DNA from: an uncultured archaeon
GTDB lineage: Archaea; Thermoproteota; Nitrososphaeria; Nitrososphaerales; Gagatemarchaeaceae
Assembly: GCA_963799775.1 (NCBI GenBank)
Contig: CAWCYD010000003.1
Location: 32,001-96,000 of the forward strand
Length of the DNA: 64,000 nt
Reading direction: 5' to 3'
Within the stretch, counting starts at the first letter, position 1. Every line of letters begins with the position of its first letter. The notes below the pieces were generated by a model. It was not told where the DNA came from, did no database searches, and saw only the letters and a program-made list of their open reading frames with translations. This document shows positions 1 through 10,695 of this stretch, piece after piece. The position numbers were made by a program, and so were the translations under genes.

Positions 1-305
1 TAGGCTACCTCGGTCTCTACAACGCGGGAGACACGCTGGTGGCGGGCCGTGGCTGGATTGCGATAGTGGTCGTCATCTTCGCGAGGTGGAGCCCCTACAA
101 AGCGATCGCCGGAAGCTGGCTCTTTGGTCTCGGGTATGCGATAGCAGCCATATTCATCGGTTCGAACATCTTCTCCGCCCTTGGGGCAGGGACGGGCTAC
201 TTCCTGCTGACCATTCCTTACATCTTCGCCATAGTCTTCATCCTTATCTTCCACAGAGGGACGAGACCGCCGTCTTCTCTTACGGTCCCTTACAAGCGAA
301 AGTGA
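1..305 (+). CDS. Nucleoside-type (BMP/CUT2) ABC transporter permease, 5'-truncated by window edge
   Basis: AGRGWIAIVVVIFARWSP motif, C-terminal LTIPYI...P.SL..PY.R; next to BMP and ATPase genes. Confidence 0.85.
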   Translation, partial: GYLGLYNAGDTLVAGRGWIAIVVVIFARWSPYKAIAGSWLFGLGYAIAAIFIGSNIFSALGAGTGYFLLTIPYIFAIVFILIFHRGTRPPSSLTVPYKRK

Positions 306-465
306 CCCACCGTCTGACCAGTAATTTCTATCTGAAGTTTACACGTGGATGGTAATTTCTACGATTTACAGACAACCATTCTTATATTCTGAAACGAGCT
401 TCATCGTTCTCACTCTTGAGAACCGCCTCCTGCACTTATATCCCTGCATCGGAGTTTGTTAAGCC

Positions 466-1584
466 ATGAGAACTGATCGGAGAGGAGTGTCAACTTCTGT
501 AATAGCAGCAGTCGTAGTCGTAGTTCTGATTCTGGTCGTAGCAGCCGCGGTCTATTCGTCTTCGGGTTCCAAGACAGTCACGTCGACGATAACGACCGGC
601 GCAGGCTCGTCTAGCTCGACTGTGACGACCTCAACCGCTCCGCAATCCAACATCAAGATGGCCGTCGTCCTAGGCGGTGACGCGACCGACGACGGATTCA
701 ACGACAACGGGATTCAGGTAGCAAACTGGGTCCACGACACCTACGGCTGGAACGTCTCCATCTCTCAGGACGTCCAATACGCTGACCAGAACACGGTCAT
801 TACCAGCTACGCCCAAGAAGGTTACAACGTCATCTGGACTGACGGCAACCAGTTCATCGGGGCCACCGAGGCAATTGCGGCCCAGTATCCCAAGGTCGAC
901 TTCGTGATGACTCCGACCTACACGGGAGACAACGTCACGAAGAACCTAGTAGCTGTCAGCGCCGGCTATCAGGCCACAGGCTACTATCTTGCTGGCGTCC
1001 TCGCAGGCAAGATGACAAAGACCGGCGCCACTGGCGTCATACTCGGACAATGGGTGGCAGCAACGGCGCTCGAGTTCTACGCTTACGCTGCCGGGGTCAA
1101 CTCATCGAACCCGCAAGCTCAGGTCTACCTCACCGTCCCCGGGACTTGGTCCGACCCAACTATCGGTTACACGGATGCGACGACCATGATCAGCACCGAC
1201 CATGTGGACATCCTCGTTCCAATCGCTGACGCGACGGGTCGAGGCGTAATCGCCGCGGCCACTGTCGCCAATGCTACCCTCATAGGGACAGTAGAGGACC
1301 AAGTGGACCTGGCTCCTAGCAACATGATGACCAGCGTCTTGCTCAACACGACGGCGTTCATCCAGATGGTCGTCCAGCACGTCAACGCCGGCACCTTCAG
1401 CCAGATAGGGGGTCAGATCATCAACATGAACCTCGGCTATCTGTCTCCATACCACTCGTACTCGACCATAATCCCGACCTCAGTTCAGCAACTCGTCAAC
1501 CAGACAGCCGCCGGAATAAACTCCGGCAAGGTCAACGTCCCGTTCACCTACACAGCGAACCCACCAACGACACCGATGCCTTAG
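466..1584 (+). CDS. BMP family ABC transporter substrate-binding protein (membrane-anchored)
   Basis: N-terminal TM plus Thr/Ser linker; DDGFN, GYYLAGVLAGKMTKTG, GTWSDP motifs. Confidence 0.9.
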   Translation: MRTDRRGVSTSVIAAVVVVVLILVVAAAVYSSSGSKTVTSTITTGAGSSSSTVTTSTAPQSNIKMAVVLGGDATDDGFNDNGIQVANWVHDTYGWNVSISQDVQYADQNTVITSYAQEGYNVIWTDGNQFIGATEAIAAQYPKVDFVMTPTYTGDNVTKNLVAVSAGYQATGYYLAGVLAGKMTKTGATGVILGQWVAATALEFYAYAAGVNSSNPQAQVYLTVPGTWSDPTIGYTDATTMISTDHVDILVPIADATGRGVIAAATVANATLIGTVEDQVDLAPSNMMTSVLLNTTAFIQMVVQHVNAGTFSQIGGQIINMNLGYLSPYHSYSTIIPTSVQQLVNQTAAGINSGKVNVPFTYTANPPTTPMP

Positions 1585-1658
1585 CCTGATTCGAAGGGGC
1601 ACCTTTTTGGGGCATCTTCGTTCTCCACTTTGTTGCTCGGGATAATCGTTGCTGAACA

Positions 1659-3213
1659 GTGACCGTGAACACTGAATTGCAACCCGCCGCTTCGCCGACC
1701 CCGCTCGTCGAGATGAGGGGGATATCGAAGAATTTCGGCCGGGTCGTCGCGAACGACGCGGTCAATCTCAAGATCTATCCTGGAGAGGTGCACGCGCTGC
1801 TTGGCGAGAACGGGGCGGGCAAGACCACCCTCATGAACATCCTCTACGGCCTTTACAGGGCAGATTCTGGCGAGATCCTGATCCGCGGCAAACCGGTCTC
1901 TATCCGTTCTCCAAAGGACGCGATAGCCTCCAAGATAGCGATGGTCCACCAGCATTTCGAATTGGTCACGACACTGACGGTGGCGGAGAATATCGGTCTT
2001 GGACTGCGCGCTAGAAGGGAACCACTACTCGACCTCGGCACCGTCGCCCAAAGAACGAGCCAGCTCGCCAAAGAATACGGGCTGAGCGTAAATCCCGAGG
2101 CAAAAGTGGAGCAACTCTCTGTCGGAGAGAGACAGAGGGTGGAGATAATCAAGGCACTCTATCGCGACGCCGATGTCCTGATCCTAGACGAGCCGACGTC
2201 GGTCCTCACGCCCCAAGAAGCCGAAGGCCTCTTCAAGTTCATCAGGTCCATGGCAGCAGAGGGAAGGGCTGTCGTCGTCATCACACACAAGCTCCCCGAA
2301 GTGATGCAGGTGAGCGACAGGGTGACAGTTCTCCGCCACGGGGCGGTCGTCGCCGACCTGGACACCAGGCTCACGAACCCAGACGAACTTGCCGGGATGA
2401 TGGTCGGGAGGGAGCTTCACAGCGGCTCCAGTGGCGGGGCAACTTCACCCGAGGGCACGGAGGCCGTCCTAGAGTTCATCGACGTATCGGCCTACAACGA
2501 CAAGGGCTCGCTCGCCTTGGACCACATTTCTTTCGCGGTGCGCAGCGGCGAGATCCTGGGGATAGCGGGCGTGGCGGGGAACGGTCAGACCGAGCTAGAG
2601 GAGGTCTTGGCCGGGATGAGGCGTGTGAGAGGCGGGAAGATAACAATCAGGGGCAAAGACATGACCAATGCCTCCCCCCGCGAGTTCATAGAGATGGGAG
2701 TAGGTTGCATCCCAGAAGACAGGATGGGGACCGCGCTCGTCCTGGACATGTCGATAGCGGAGAACTTGATCCTGGAGACGAGGAACGACCCTCGATTCAA
2801 GTCTAGAGAGATGCTAAATTCTCAAGGCATCCGGGAGAACGCGACGAAAATCGTCGACCAGTATTCCATCGCATGTGGGAGCATAGACTCACCTGCAAGA
2901 ACCCTCTCTGGCGGAAACATGCAGAAGCTGGTCCTCGCCAAGCGTCCTATCCAGGGATCCGAGAGTCTTGGTCGCCGCTCAGCCAACAGCGGGCCTGGAC
3001 GTGGGAGCGGCAAACTTCATCACCGAGAAGCTGAGGGAGCAAAGGAGAAACGGCGTCGGCGTGCTCCTGATCTCGGGAGACCTGGCAGAGATCACCTCTC
3101 TCAGTGACCGGGTGGCTTGTATCTACGAGGGGAAGATAATGGGGATACTCCCCGCTGACAAGGCAGAGACGAAGGAGCTGGGACTCATGATGGGTGGAGT
3201 GGCCAGGCAATGA
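1659..3213 (+). CDS. CUT2 ABC transporter ATP-binding protein (two NBDs; frameshift near 2940)
   Basis: GENGAGKTT, LSVGERQ, ILDEPT; second NBD LSGGNMQK continues in 2968..3213 frame (AQPTAGLDVG). Confidence 0.9.
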
Positions 3214-4175
3214 TGCAAGGAGCACTGGATTCACAAGCGCTCACCCTCGACGCCCTCTCTATAGGGACCTCGGCCGAAGGGATGCTCCGAAAAGGGCGGG
3301 TCGGAAAGATACACAGCGTCTTCCCGCGTGCACTGAACGTGATCTCCGAGGTGGGGATGTTCTGCATCGTGAGAAGAGACGTAGGCGGCGGTCCCATGAA
3401 CGTCGTCGTCGCCCTCGAGAAGAGAGGGCTTGACGAGACGTGCTCCCCTGGCATGGACGTTCGCAACGACGCAGGCGTCCTCAACATAGGCGCAGGCGCC
3501 CTGTCCATCCGTCTGAACACAGCACACCGTCATCCGAAGAAGAGCGCGCGAAGAGTCCTGCTCGGGCCTCTAGCGATAACAAGGAACCTGGCGATCCTTG
3601 CAGACCAGATCTCCTCAGCGGGAGACCCCGAAGGCCTGGGTGGACTACTGCCCTTTCTGAAGGGCAGCACAGATGCGATTGGCCGCGACCTAGGCGTGAG
3701 CCGGGCCGGGGCGATGGCACTGGGGCCATTGTCGTCGCTCGTCAGAGCGCTCGTCACGGGTCAAGCTCAGAGCGTGGGCAAGGCCGCACGCGGTCTTATC
3801 GGCTTGGGTCCGGGACTCACCCCCGCAGCGGACGACCTGCTGGCGGGTTTGATGATAGCCTTTCAGCACACGGCAAATGCTCTCGAAGACGACGATGACC
3901 CGTTCGTGAGAGACTCCAACCTTACCATCTCGTTGATGGCAGAAGGAAGAACAACGTTGCTCAGCAAGGAATTCCTCTTGAATGCAGCCCAAGGGCTAGG
4001 AAGCGAGCACGTCGAGGCGTTGGTCGGCGCTGTGCTCTTCGGGAGCGCGAAGGAGGTCGAACGCGCCGCGCTCAAGGAGATCGCCGTGGGCGCCACTTCC
4101 GGGACGGATACGGCTCTCGGCGTCTATCTGGGTGTGGGAATCGGCTTGGACAGGCATCGGAGGCGGCGGCAGTGA
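3210..4175 (+). CDS. DUF2877 (YlbF/AllH-like) protein
   Basis: LIGLGPGLTPAADDLLAG, RTTLLS and VGATSGTD motifs; adjacent to fdrA. Confidence 0.85.
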   Translation: MMQGALDSQALTLDALSIGTSAEGMLRKGRVGKIHSVFPRALNVISEVGMFCIVRRDVGGGPMNVVVALEKRGLDETCSPGMDVRNDAGVLNIGAGALSIRLNTAHRHPKKSARRVLLGPLAITRNLAILADQISSAGDPEGLGGLLPFLKGSTDAIGRDLGVSRAGAMALGPLSSLVRALVTGQAQSVGKAARGLIGLGPGLTPAADDLLAGLMIAFQHTANALEDDDDPFVRDSNLTISLMAEGRTTLLSKEFLLNAAQGLGSEHVEALVGAVLFGSAKEVERAALKEIAVGATSGTDTALGVYLGVGIGLDRHRRRRQ

Positions 4176-5980
4176 GCTTGAGACAGGTCGTAGTGGAGAA
4201 AGGGAGTTACAGAGACTCGATCACCCTCATGAAGATCTCGAATGAGGTAGCCGTGCTGAAGGGGATCAAGCAAGCCGCAGCTGCGATGGCGACTCCACTC
4301 AACAAGCGCCTTCTTGGAGACATCGGATTCAAGGGGAAGGAAGTCCAAGAAGCGGCGCCTGAAGACCTCATCCTCGCGGTCGAAGCAGAGGATTCCTCCA
4401 GCCTCAAGGCCGGGATGCAGAGAATCCAGGAGCTTCTCGAGGCCAAAGATACGGCCCCACACGAGGCGAACGCGGTGATGCCCACGACCTTGGACGAGGC
4501 CCTGGCGCAGATGAAGGACGCCAACCTGGCGCTCATCTCGGTCCCCGGCGAGTTCGCGGGAAGAGAGGCCTCGAGGGCATTGGAGAGGGGATTGAACGTG
4601 TTCCTGTTCAGCAGCAATGTGCCCGTCGAAAAGGAGGTCGAGCTGAAGAAGAGCGCAGCCGAGAAGGGGCTTCTGATGATGGGACCTGACTGCGGGACCG
4701 CTATCGTAAACGGGATCGTCCTAGGGTTCGGAAACGTTGTGAAGGGCGGCTCAGTGGGACTCATCTCTGCCTCTGGGACCGGTCTTCAGCAGGTCTCGAC
4801 CCTCGTCGACGAGGCGGGCTTGGGAGTCTCGCAAGCAATCGGGACAGGCGGGAGGGGCACTGTCTGACGAGGTCGGCGCGGCGACGACCATCCAAGCATT
4901 GAGACTCCTTGCCTCGGACCCGAAGACAAAGACGATCGTCATGATCTCGAAACCCCCGGCCGAGAAGACGATGGCCAAGGTTCCTCGTTAACGCTGGAAA
5001 GGCGGGGAAGCCGGTCGTCATCAACTTTCTTGGAGGGAAGCCGGATTCAGTGCCCAAGAACGCCACCGTGGCGTCAACCCTGGAGGAAGCAGCGATTATC
5101 GCTAGCTACATGAGCTCTCAAAAGTCTCAGCTTGCCTTGACCATCGCAAGGGCGCGGAAGGAAGCGCCCGTACTGGCCGCCAAAGAAGCTGCAGAGCTCT
5201 CGCCCTCGCAGAGGTTCGTAAGGGGCCTCTTCTCGGGTGGTACGCTATGCTACGAGGCGCAAGTGGTCATGCGCCCGATCCTGGGAGACATCGCCTCGAA
5301 TGCCCCTCTCTCGTCCGACTCGAAGCTCAAGAGCGCCGATAGGAGCGTGGGGCACACGTGCGTCGACCTTGGGGCCGAGGAGTTCGTAGTTGGCCGCGCC
5401 CACCCGATGATGGACTACACGGTGCGCAAACTGCGAATACTCCAAGAAGCTAGGGACTCTGGCACAGCGGTAATCCTGTTGGACGTCGTTCTCGGTTACG
5501 GCTCGAACCCCGACCCTGCCGGACAGCTCATTCCCGCCATCAAGGAAGCGTTCTCCATCGCTTCCAAGACAAGAAGAAAGCTATGTTTCGTGGCAAGCAT
5601 CGTCGGGACGGAGGGGGCACCCGCAGCGTATCGAGGAGCAGTCAAGGCGGTTGACGGAGGCTGGGGTGACTCTGCTTCCGACCAACGCCCAGGCGTCCCT
5701 CCTCTCCGCGCTCATCGCCACAAGAGGCAAAGGGGCCGAACGCGTCGAATCTGACTCCAGGTCTTTCGCGGCCGAGCCCTCTCAGCAGAGGTCCGGTTCC
5801 ACTCTGGGGCCTGCGCCCAAGTCCAGCCTGCTCGGAAGACCACTGAAGGTTATCAACTTGGGTGTTGGGACATTCGCCGATGACCTCAGGACCCAGAACG
5901 TCCCCGTTCTCAGCGTCGACTGGAGGCCTCCAGCCGGAGGAGACGTCGAAGTGATGGACCTTCTTGACAAGCTCCGATGA
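4172..5980 (+). CDS. fdrA: FdrA/AllF acyl-CoA-synthetase-like protein (about 3 frameshifts), with C-terminal VINLG...DWRPPAGGD extension
   Basis: YRDSITLM, ALISVPG, MMGPDCGTA, SASGTGLQ, GLFSGGTLCYEA, GRAHPMMD, LLDVVLGYG spread over ORFs 4172, 5050 and 5651. Confidence 0.85.
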
Positions 5981-6885
5981 GAAAGGCCCTGCATTCACGA
6001 TCTAGAGGCATGAGTCAAGTGCGACGCACGCGAATGAAGACGGTCCCGAGAGACCAGCAGGGCCGTTCTGAAGTCTCGGCCCGCCTTGAGCGGGACTACA
6101 CGGATTTCAAGAAGTCTCGGACTTTCCGCTTCCCCGAGTGGCTCTACGGCAAACCGAAAGGGAAGATCATCGCCCTGAGGGTGGAAGACTGTCCTCGTCC
6201 CGGGGAGACGGCATACTTGGAGATGGACTCGGGGAGGACAGCTTTCCTTAGCGTTGACATGCAGACAGACTTCTGTGGCCCCGGTGGCTACGTCGAGGTA
6301 ATGGGCTACGACCTTCGTCTCACCGCGGCTCCAATACCGCGGATTTCAGCCATGATGGGATACCTGCGAAAAGAGACGGACGTCAAGATAATCCACACGA
6401 GGGAGGGCCACGTCCCAGACCTTGCCGACGCCCCCTACAACAAGCTGCTGAGGAGCAAGGTCGTAGGAGATGGCGTAGGCATAGGCGACGTCCCTCCCAA
6501 GGGGATGGGGAGGCTGCTCGTAAGAGGACAGGAGAACTGGGAGATCGTCGACGCGCTCCGCCCTAGACCAGGGGAGGCCGTGATTGACAAGCCCACTAAG
6601 GGAGCCTTCGGCTCCAGCTCCATCGAGACGGTGCTGGCAGATTCAGACATCAGATACCTCATCATCGGCGGAGTGACGACCGACGTCTGCGTCCACAGCG
6701 TGATGAGGGAGGCGAACGACAGAGGATATTGGTGTGTCCTCCTGAAGGACTGCACCGCTGCGACGGACAGAGGAAACTATCTGGCTGCCATCAAGCAGAT
6801 CAAGATGTCAGGAGGGATTTTCGGCTGGGTGTCGGATTCGAAGGAGTTCATCCGCGCAGCCAAGCGCGCGTTCGCGTCGTCCTGA
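5977..6885 (+). CDS. Isochorismatase-family cysteine hydrolase, biuret amidohydrolase-like
   Basis: DMQTDFCGPGGYV..MGYDL, HTREGH.PDLAD, IDKPTK, GVTTDVCVH, REANDRG; true start may be downstream. Confidence 0.85.
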   Translation: MRKALHSRSRGMSQVRRTRMKTVPRDQQGRSEVSARLERDYTDFKKSRTFRFPEWLYGKPKGKIIALRVEDCPRPGETAYLEMDSGRTAFLSVDMQTDFCGPGGYVEVMGYDLRLTAAPIPRISAMMGYLRKETDVKIIHTREGHVPDLADAPYNKLLRSKVVGDGVGIGDVPPKGMGRLLVRGQENWEIVDALRPRPGEAVIDKPTKGAFGSSSIETVLADSDIRYLIIGGVTTDVCVHSVMREANDRGYWCVLLKDCTAATDRGNYLAAIKQIKMSGGIFGWVSDSKEFIRAAKRAFASS

Positions 6886-7197
6886 CTCGCTCTTCACATC
6901 CTCTCTTGCATCAGCCTGCAATTGGGGCGAAATGGGAGAAGCGCCGCTAATTTCACCGAAATCGAAGCGGTCAACGGCTCCGGAGATTCGGGTCAGCGCC
7001 CCTTAGCGAGCTTCCCAGAGTCTGACTTCCAGGCGTCCAAACAGCCGATTGATGGAATAAACAACAATTCCAACTCGCGAATCCAAGATAATTCCCGAAT
7101 TCCAATCAAAAACGAAGGAATTCCAATTCCACGAACCGCGTCTAGATTAGCGGTCACAGACCAACCTGAAACCCAGGAAAGGGGGTGAAACTGACAC

Positions 7198-7632
7198 TTG
7201 AAAATTGAAAGGATCGCCGGGATCGCTGCCTTGGCGGCCGTGCTCCTCATGGCCGGGTCATCTGCGGTTCCCTTGTACGCCGACACTGCCTCTATCGCAT
7301 CGACCGGGGGAGCATCTCCCCGGGTCAGCATGGTCGGACAGGCCTGGATGAACTACACAGGCCCAGCGCCCACCCTGCTCGCCACCTATACCGACCAATC
7401 CAGCAACCAGACAGCCCCAATGAACGCCACCGCAATAGCCACAGTCCACAACGTCATCGGCCAGACCATCGCGATCGAGTCGGTCTCGATCATAGGCCTC
7501 AGCGATGGCCAGAATGCGACAATCGGGTTCGCCCTGAACCTCCCCTACGACGCGTACACAGTGAACCTGTTCGTCGTTGACGCCTCGGGCGCAGCGGTCT
7601 CGGCAAACACCAACAGCACGGTGATAGCTTGA
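7198..7632 (+). CDS. Secreted protein with a single Ig-like beta domain
   Basis: Signal peptide ending PLYA; beta-rich domain similar to the C-terminus of the phosphoesterase at 51698..53164. Confidence 0.7.
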   Translation: MKIERIAGIAALAAVLLMAGSSAVPLYADTASIASTGGASPRVSMVGQAWMNYTGPAPTLLATYTDQSSNQTAPMNATAIATVHNVIGQTIAIESVSIIGLSDGQNATIGFALNLPYDAYTVNLFVVDASGAAVSANTNSTVIA

Positions 7633-7853
7633 ACCCCAAGACGGCCGGAGGCGAGACGCGAGCGGAGAGCAGAGGAAACTGTGACACAGAATCTGCTCCC
7701 CTCGTGGCTTTTCTGCCTTGCAGGCTGAGGGACCTGGGCGATAATCAACGATCGCGCTCGCTCTCCGTGGAAGGGCTAGACGAGTTCCGACTCTGCGGTA
7801 ACTATAGTCATTCTGTCAACTCTTTACGAATTGGTCTAGAACTCTAGAGTTCG

Positions 7854-8934
7854 ATGTCTCTCTACTCACTTCTGCTCCTCTTCGTAATGTCCAGGAGAAT
7901 CACACTAATCAGGCACATGTCAAGGGAGGACCTCGAGTCGAGGTGCCGGAAGGAGAAGGACGGGCGGGTGAAGGAGAGGGCGCTGGCAATACTCCGGCTC
8001 TACGATGGCGTCACTGAGGAGGAGACAGCGAAAGCCGTCGCGAGATGCGAGAAGTCCGTCAGGAACTGGCTCAAGAGGTGGAACGAGAAGAGGTACGTCG
8101 GCCTCGCACCAGAGTTCGACGGAGGGCCGAAGCCCAAGATGGATAGCGGCGAGTGGGACAAGATAGTCAAGGAGATCGAGGGCAAGGGCATGACCATCAA
8201 GGATGTCGAGGTCTACGTCAAGGACACCAGGGGGGTCCACTACGCCTACAAGACCGTCTGGGAGGTCACTCAGGAAGGAAAAGAAGGTGAGGTACGGGAA
8301 GGCGTACAAGATGAACGCGAAGAGGCCTCCCGACGCAGAAGGGATTCTGAAAAAAACCTAGACGAGGCTCTCTCTGAGATCAAGGACGAGTACGGCGACG
8401 CCGTCAAACCGATAATGGGGTTCACCGACGAGAGCTCGCTCAGGGTCGACCCGACGAAGAGAAGGGTCATCAACACGCCCGTCATCCGCTTCAAAGACAA
8501 GGGCGAGAGGTATGCCGCGCGCTCGATGACAATCTTCGGCTTCATGTCGCTGAACGGGAAGGACGTCGTCATGGCATCGCAGCAGGCCAAGGCCGTCGAT
8601 ATGGTTTCCTTCCTCGAGGCGGTGAGAGATGCGAACGGCAGAAGGAGGCCGATGCTCATCGTCGTCGACAACGCGAGGATCCACACTGCGAGGGTCAAAA
8701 GATGACTGCCGGCGACCTCTCCATCTACCTCGTGTTCCTCCCGCCGTACTCACCAGACCTCCAGCCCATCGAGTTCGGCTGGAAGGACCTCAAGAGGGAG
8801 CTGGCAGCGAGGCTGGACTTCGATGGCATGATAGATGCGAGCGGCCCGACAGCGCTGAGACTCTTCGAGGAGAGGAAGAGGCAGCCTATTCGGCAAGCTG
8901 GATCAAGTCATTCATTATGAAAAGAAGTACATAG
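7854..8934 (+). CDS. IS630 transposase (HTH + DDE), frameshifted; A7 slippery run at 8350-8356
   Basis: VRNWLKRWN HTH, FTDES, VVDNARIH, FLPPYSPDLQPIEFGWK motifs. Confidence 0.9.
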
Positions 8935-9016
8935 CGGTGAAGCAGAATAATTTTGGGTAACGCACTGCCTGAGTTCTTTAATACTTCTCTAGAACATTTG
9001 AATATCAGGTCGTTTT

Positions 9017-9704
9017 TTGGGCAAGTCAAGAATCGGAATCGTAGGAGTCGTCGTGCCTTATCCTCCTGATATCGATGAGGGTCTCTTCCACCCAAGCTTG
9101 GCAGCTGGGATGGCAAACAAGCGACTCGGATTGGGGATATGGAGTGGAGAGTTGGCAAGAAGTTGTGGGCGAGGCCAATTTCGCCGCCGTCACTGGTTTC
9201 ACCGATTACCCAAACGGGTGCTGGAATACGATAGAAACGGCACTCTACGACGATGGGTCGTATGGATACATCGCCTTTGAGAACATATGTAGTACCTACC
9301 AAGTTACTGGAAATCTTTGCAACACAGCCTCTCAATGGACGTCGTATGCGCAATCGATCTACTGGGGTGGTTACGGCGGCTGGACTTTCTCTAGCGGCTG
9401 CGGAGGCTCATACACACCATCTGAGACCCCTGGAGAATCCGAAAATGGTGCCATGAGCGTTGACATGATGGAGGCAGGCAGCGGCGACTTCGGAAGTGGC
9501 AAAGCCTTCGTTGAGTTTAACCCGTCCTTACACTATCTCGATACCTCCTGGGCCTGGGAACCTGCGGAGTACGTAGTGACCTACAACAATGGCTACGCAG
9601 CCCCTTCAACACTGGGAGCAGACTACTCTTGCTCTACCCCCTGGCTAGCCATCGACTCGGACTACGCGCCGCCTTGGTACTCTGGGAGCTGGGTATGCCC
9701 GTGA
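9017..9704 (+). CDS. Secreted Cys/Trp/Tyr-rich beta protein (IS cargo 1; one indel near 9055)
   Basis: Removing one C gives signal peptide MGKSRIGIVGVVVLILLISMRVSSTQA fused to ORF 9075..9704. Confidence 0.65.
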
Positions 9705-9714
9705 CGGTGAGACA

Positions 9715-10377
9715 ATGAAGAGCATCGTTCTAGCTGTGTTTGTAATCGCTATAGTTGGAGTCGCGGCGTTCTCCATCTACAGTCTGTCCAATTCGGCAAA
9801 TCCAGCAAGCACTAGCACTGCTCCCTTGACTGCATCTGAGACCATGTCGAATACCGCGTCAGGGCCTGGTTTGACCTTCAATTCGACCAGTCATCTGCCT
9901 AACGGGTGCAATGCTGCAGCCCAAACATCCTCAAGTGACGGTTACGCATTGACCATCTACATCAACTCAACCGCTGTCAAGCTCGGCAACACGATGTGCA
10001 TCACCGCCTACCTCAAGAACATGAATTCAACCGTTACTCTAGATCAAGCCACCGCCTACAAGGCGAACTTCAACTTCAGCGTGATTGACTCCTCAGGAAG
10101 GACCGTCCTCGTGGTATTCTGCACAGGTACGCAACCACCACCGGCCTCAGTTTCCGGATCGGAGTTTACCAAGCCTGTGACGAATTTCATATGTTCGGAC
10201 CTATGGAACACTAGGGCATCTTATGTGACCTCGCCTAACACGACGCCTAGCCCAGGAGCGTACCAGATCATTGCATTAGCAAGCTTTCCGACTTGGAACG
10301 GGGTCACACAGCAAAACTCAACCGGACACATCACAATGACGACCAACGTTCAGGTACAGGCTGCAGCCTCTGGCTGA
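9715..10377 (+). CDS. Membrane-anchored Ig-like protein, BsuPI-like pattern (IS cargo 2)
   Basis: N-terminal TM, Ser/Thr linker, then FNFSVIDSSG...LWN...PGAYQI pattern. Confidence 0.7.
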   Translation: MKSIVLAVFVIAIVGVAAFSIYSLSNSANPASTSTAPLTASETMSNTASGPGLTFNSTSHLPNGCNAAAQTSSSDGYALTIYINSTAVKLGNTMCITAYLKNMNSTVTLDQATAYKANFNFSVIDSSGRTVLVVFCTGTQPPPASVSGSEFTKPVTNFICSDLWNTRASYVTSPNTTPSPGAYQIIALASFPTWNGVTQQNSTGHITMTTNVQVQAAASG

Positions 10378-10695
10378 GGGATGGTTGCTGACTTTGAGAT
10401 ATTTGGTTGTGTCAGGCCAAATTGCAGCAAACTGCGCATCCTTGTTGGTTTGTTAGTACGGGGACCAGAAGATTGCACGACGGCAACTGACATTCGCACG
10501 TCAGAGCTTCGCTTCTGGGTTCCAGCATCTCAACCCCATTCGTCAGCGGGGGCTCGTCCCAGAGGGAGTGGCAGTAGGTTGTTCTTGTCGAGTTTGAGGT
10601 CAGGCGACGGACAAGGAAGATGGGGCAGTTCACCTGACCATTCATAACGGAAAGAAGTTGACAGAATGACTATAGTTACTGCGTGCAGCGGCTGG

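Larger units (their letters stand above)
7805..10672 (+). mobile_element. IS630-family element carrying two cargo genes
   Basis: 17-bp TIR TAGTCATTCTGTCAACT (7805-7821) and its reverse complement (10656-10672), flanked by TA (7803-7804; 10673-10674). Confidence 0.85.

Noticed and set aside
6922-7188. 88-aa ORF with AATTCC-type short repeats
   Set aside because: Low-complexity intergenic sequence; no coding support or regular periodicity.
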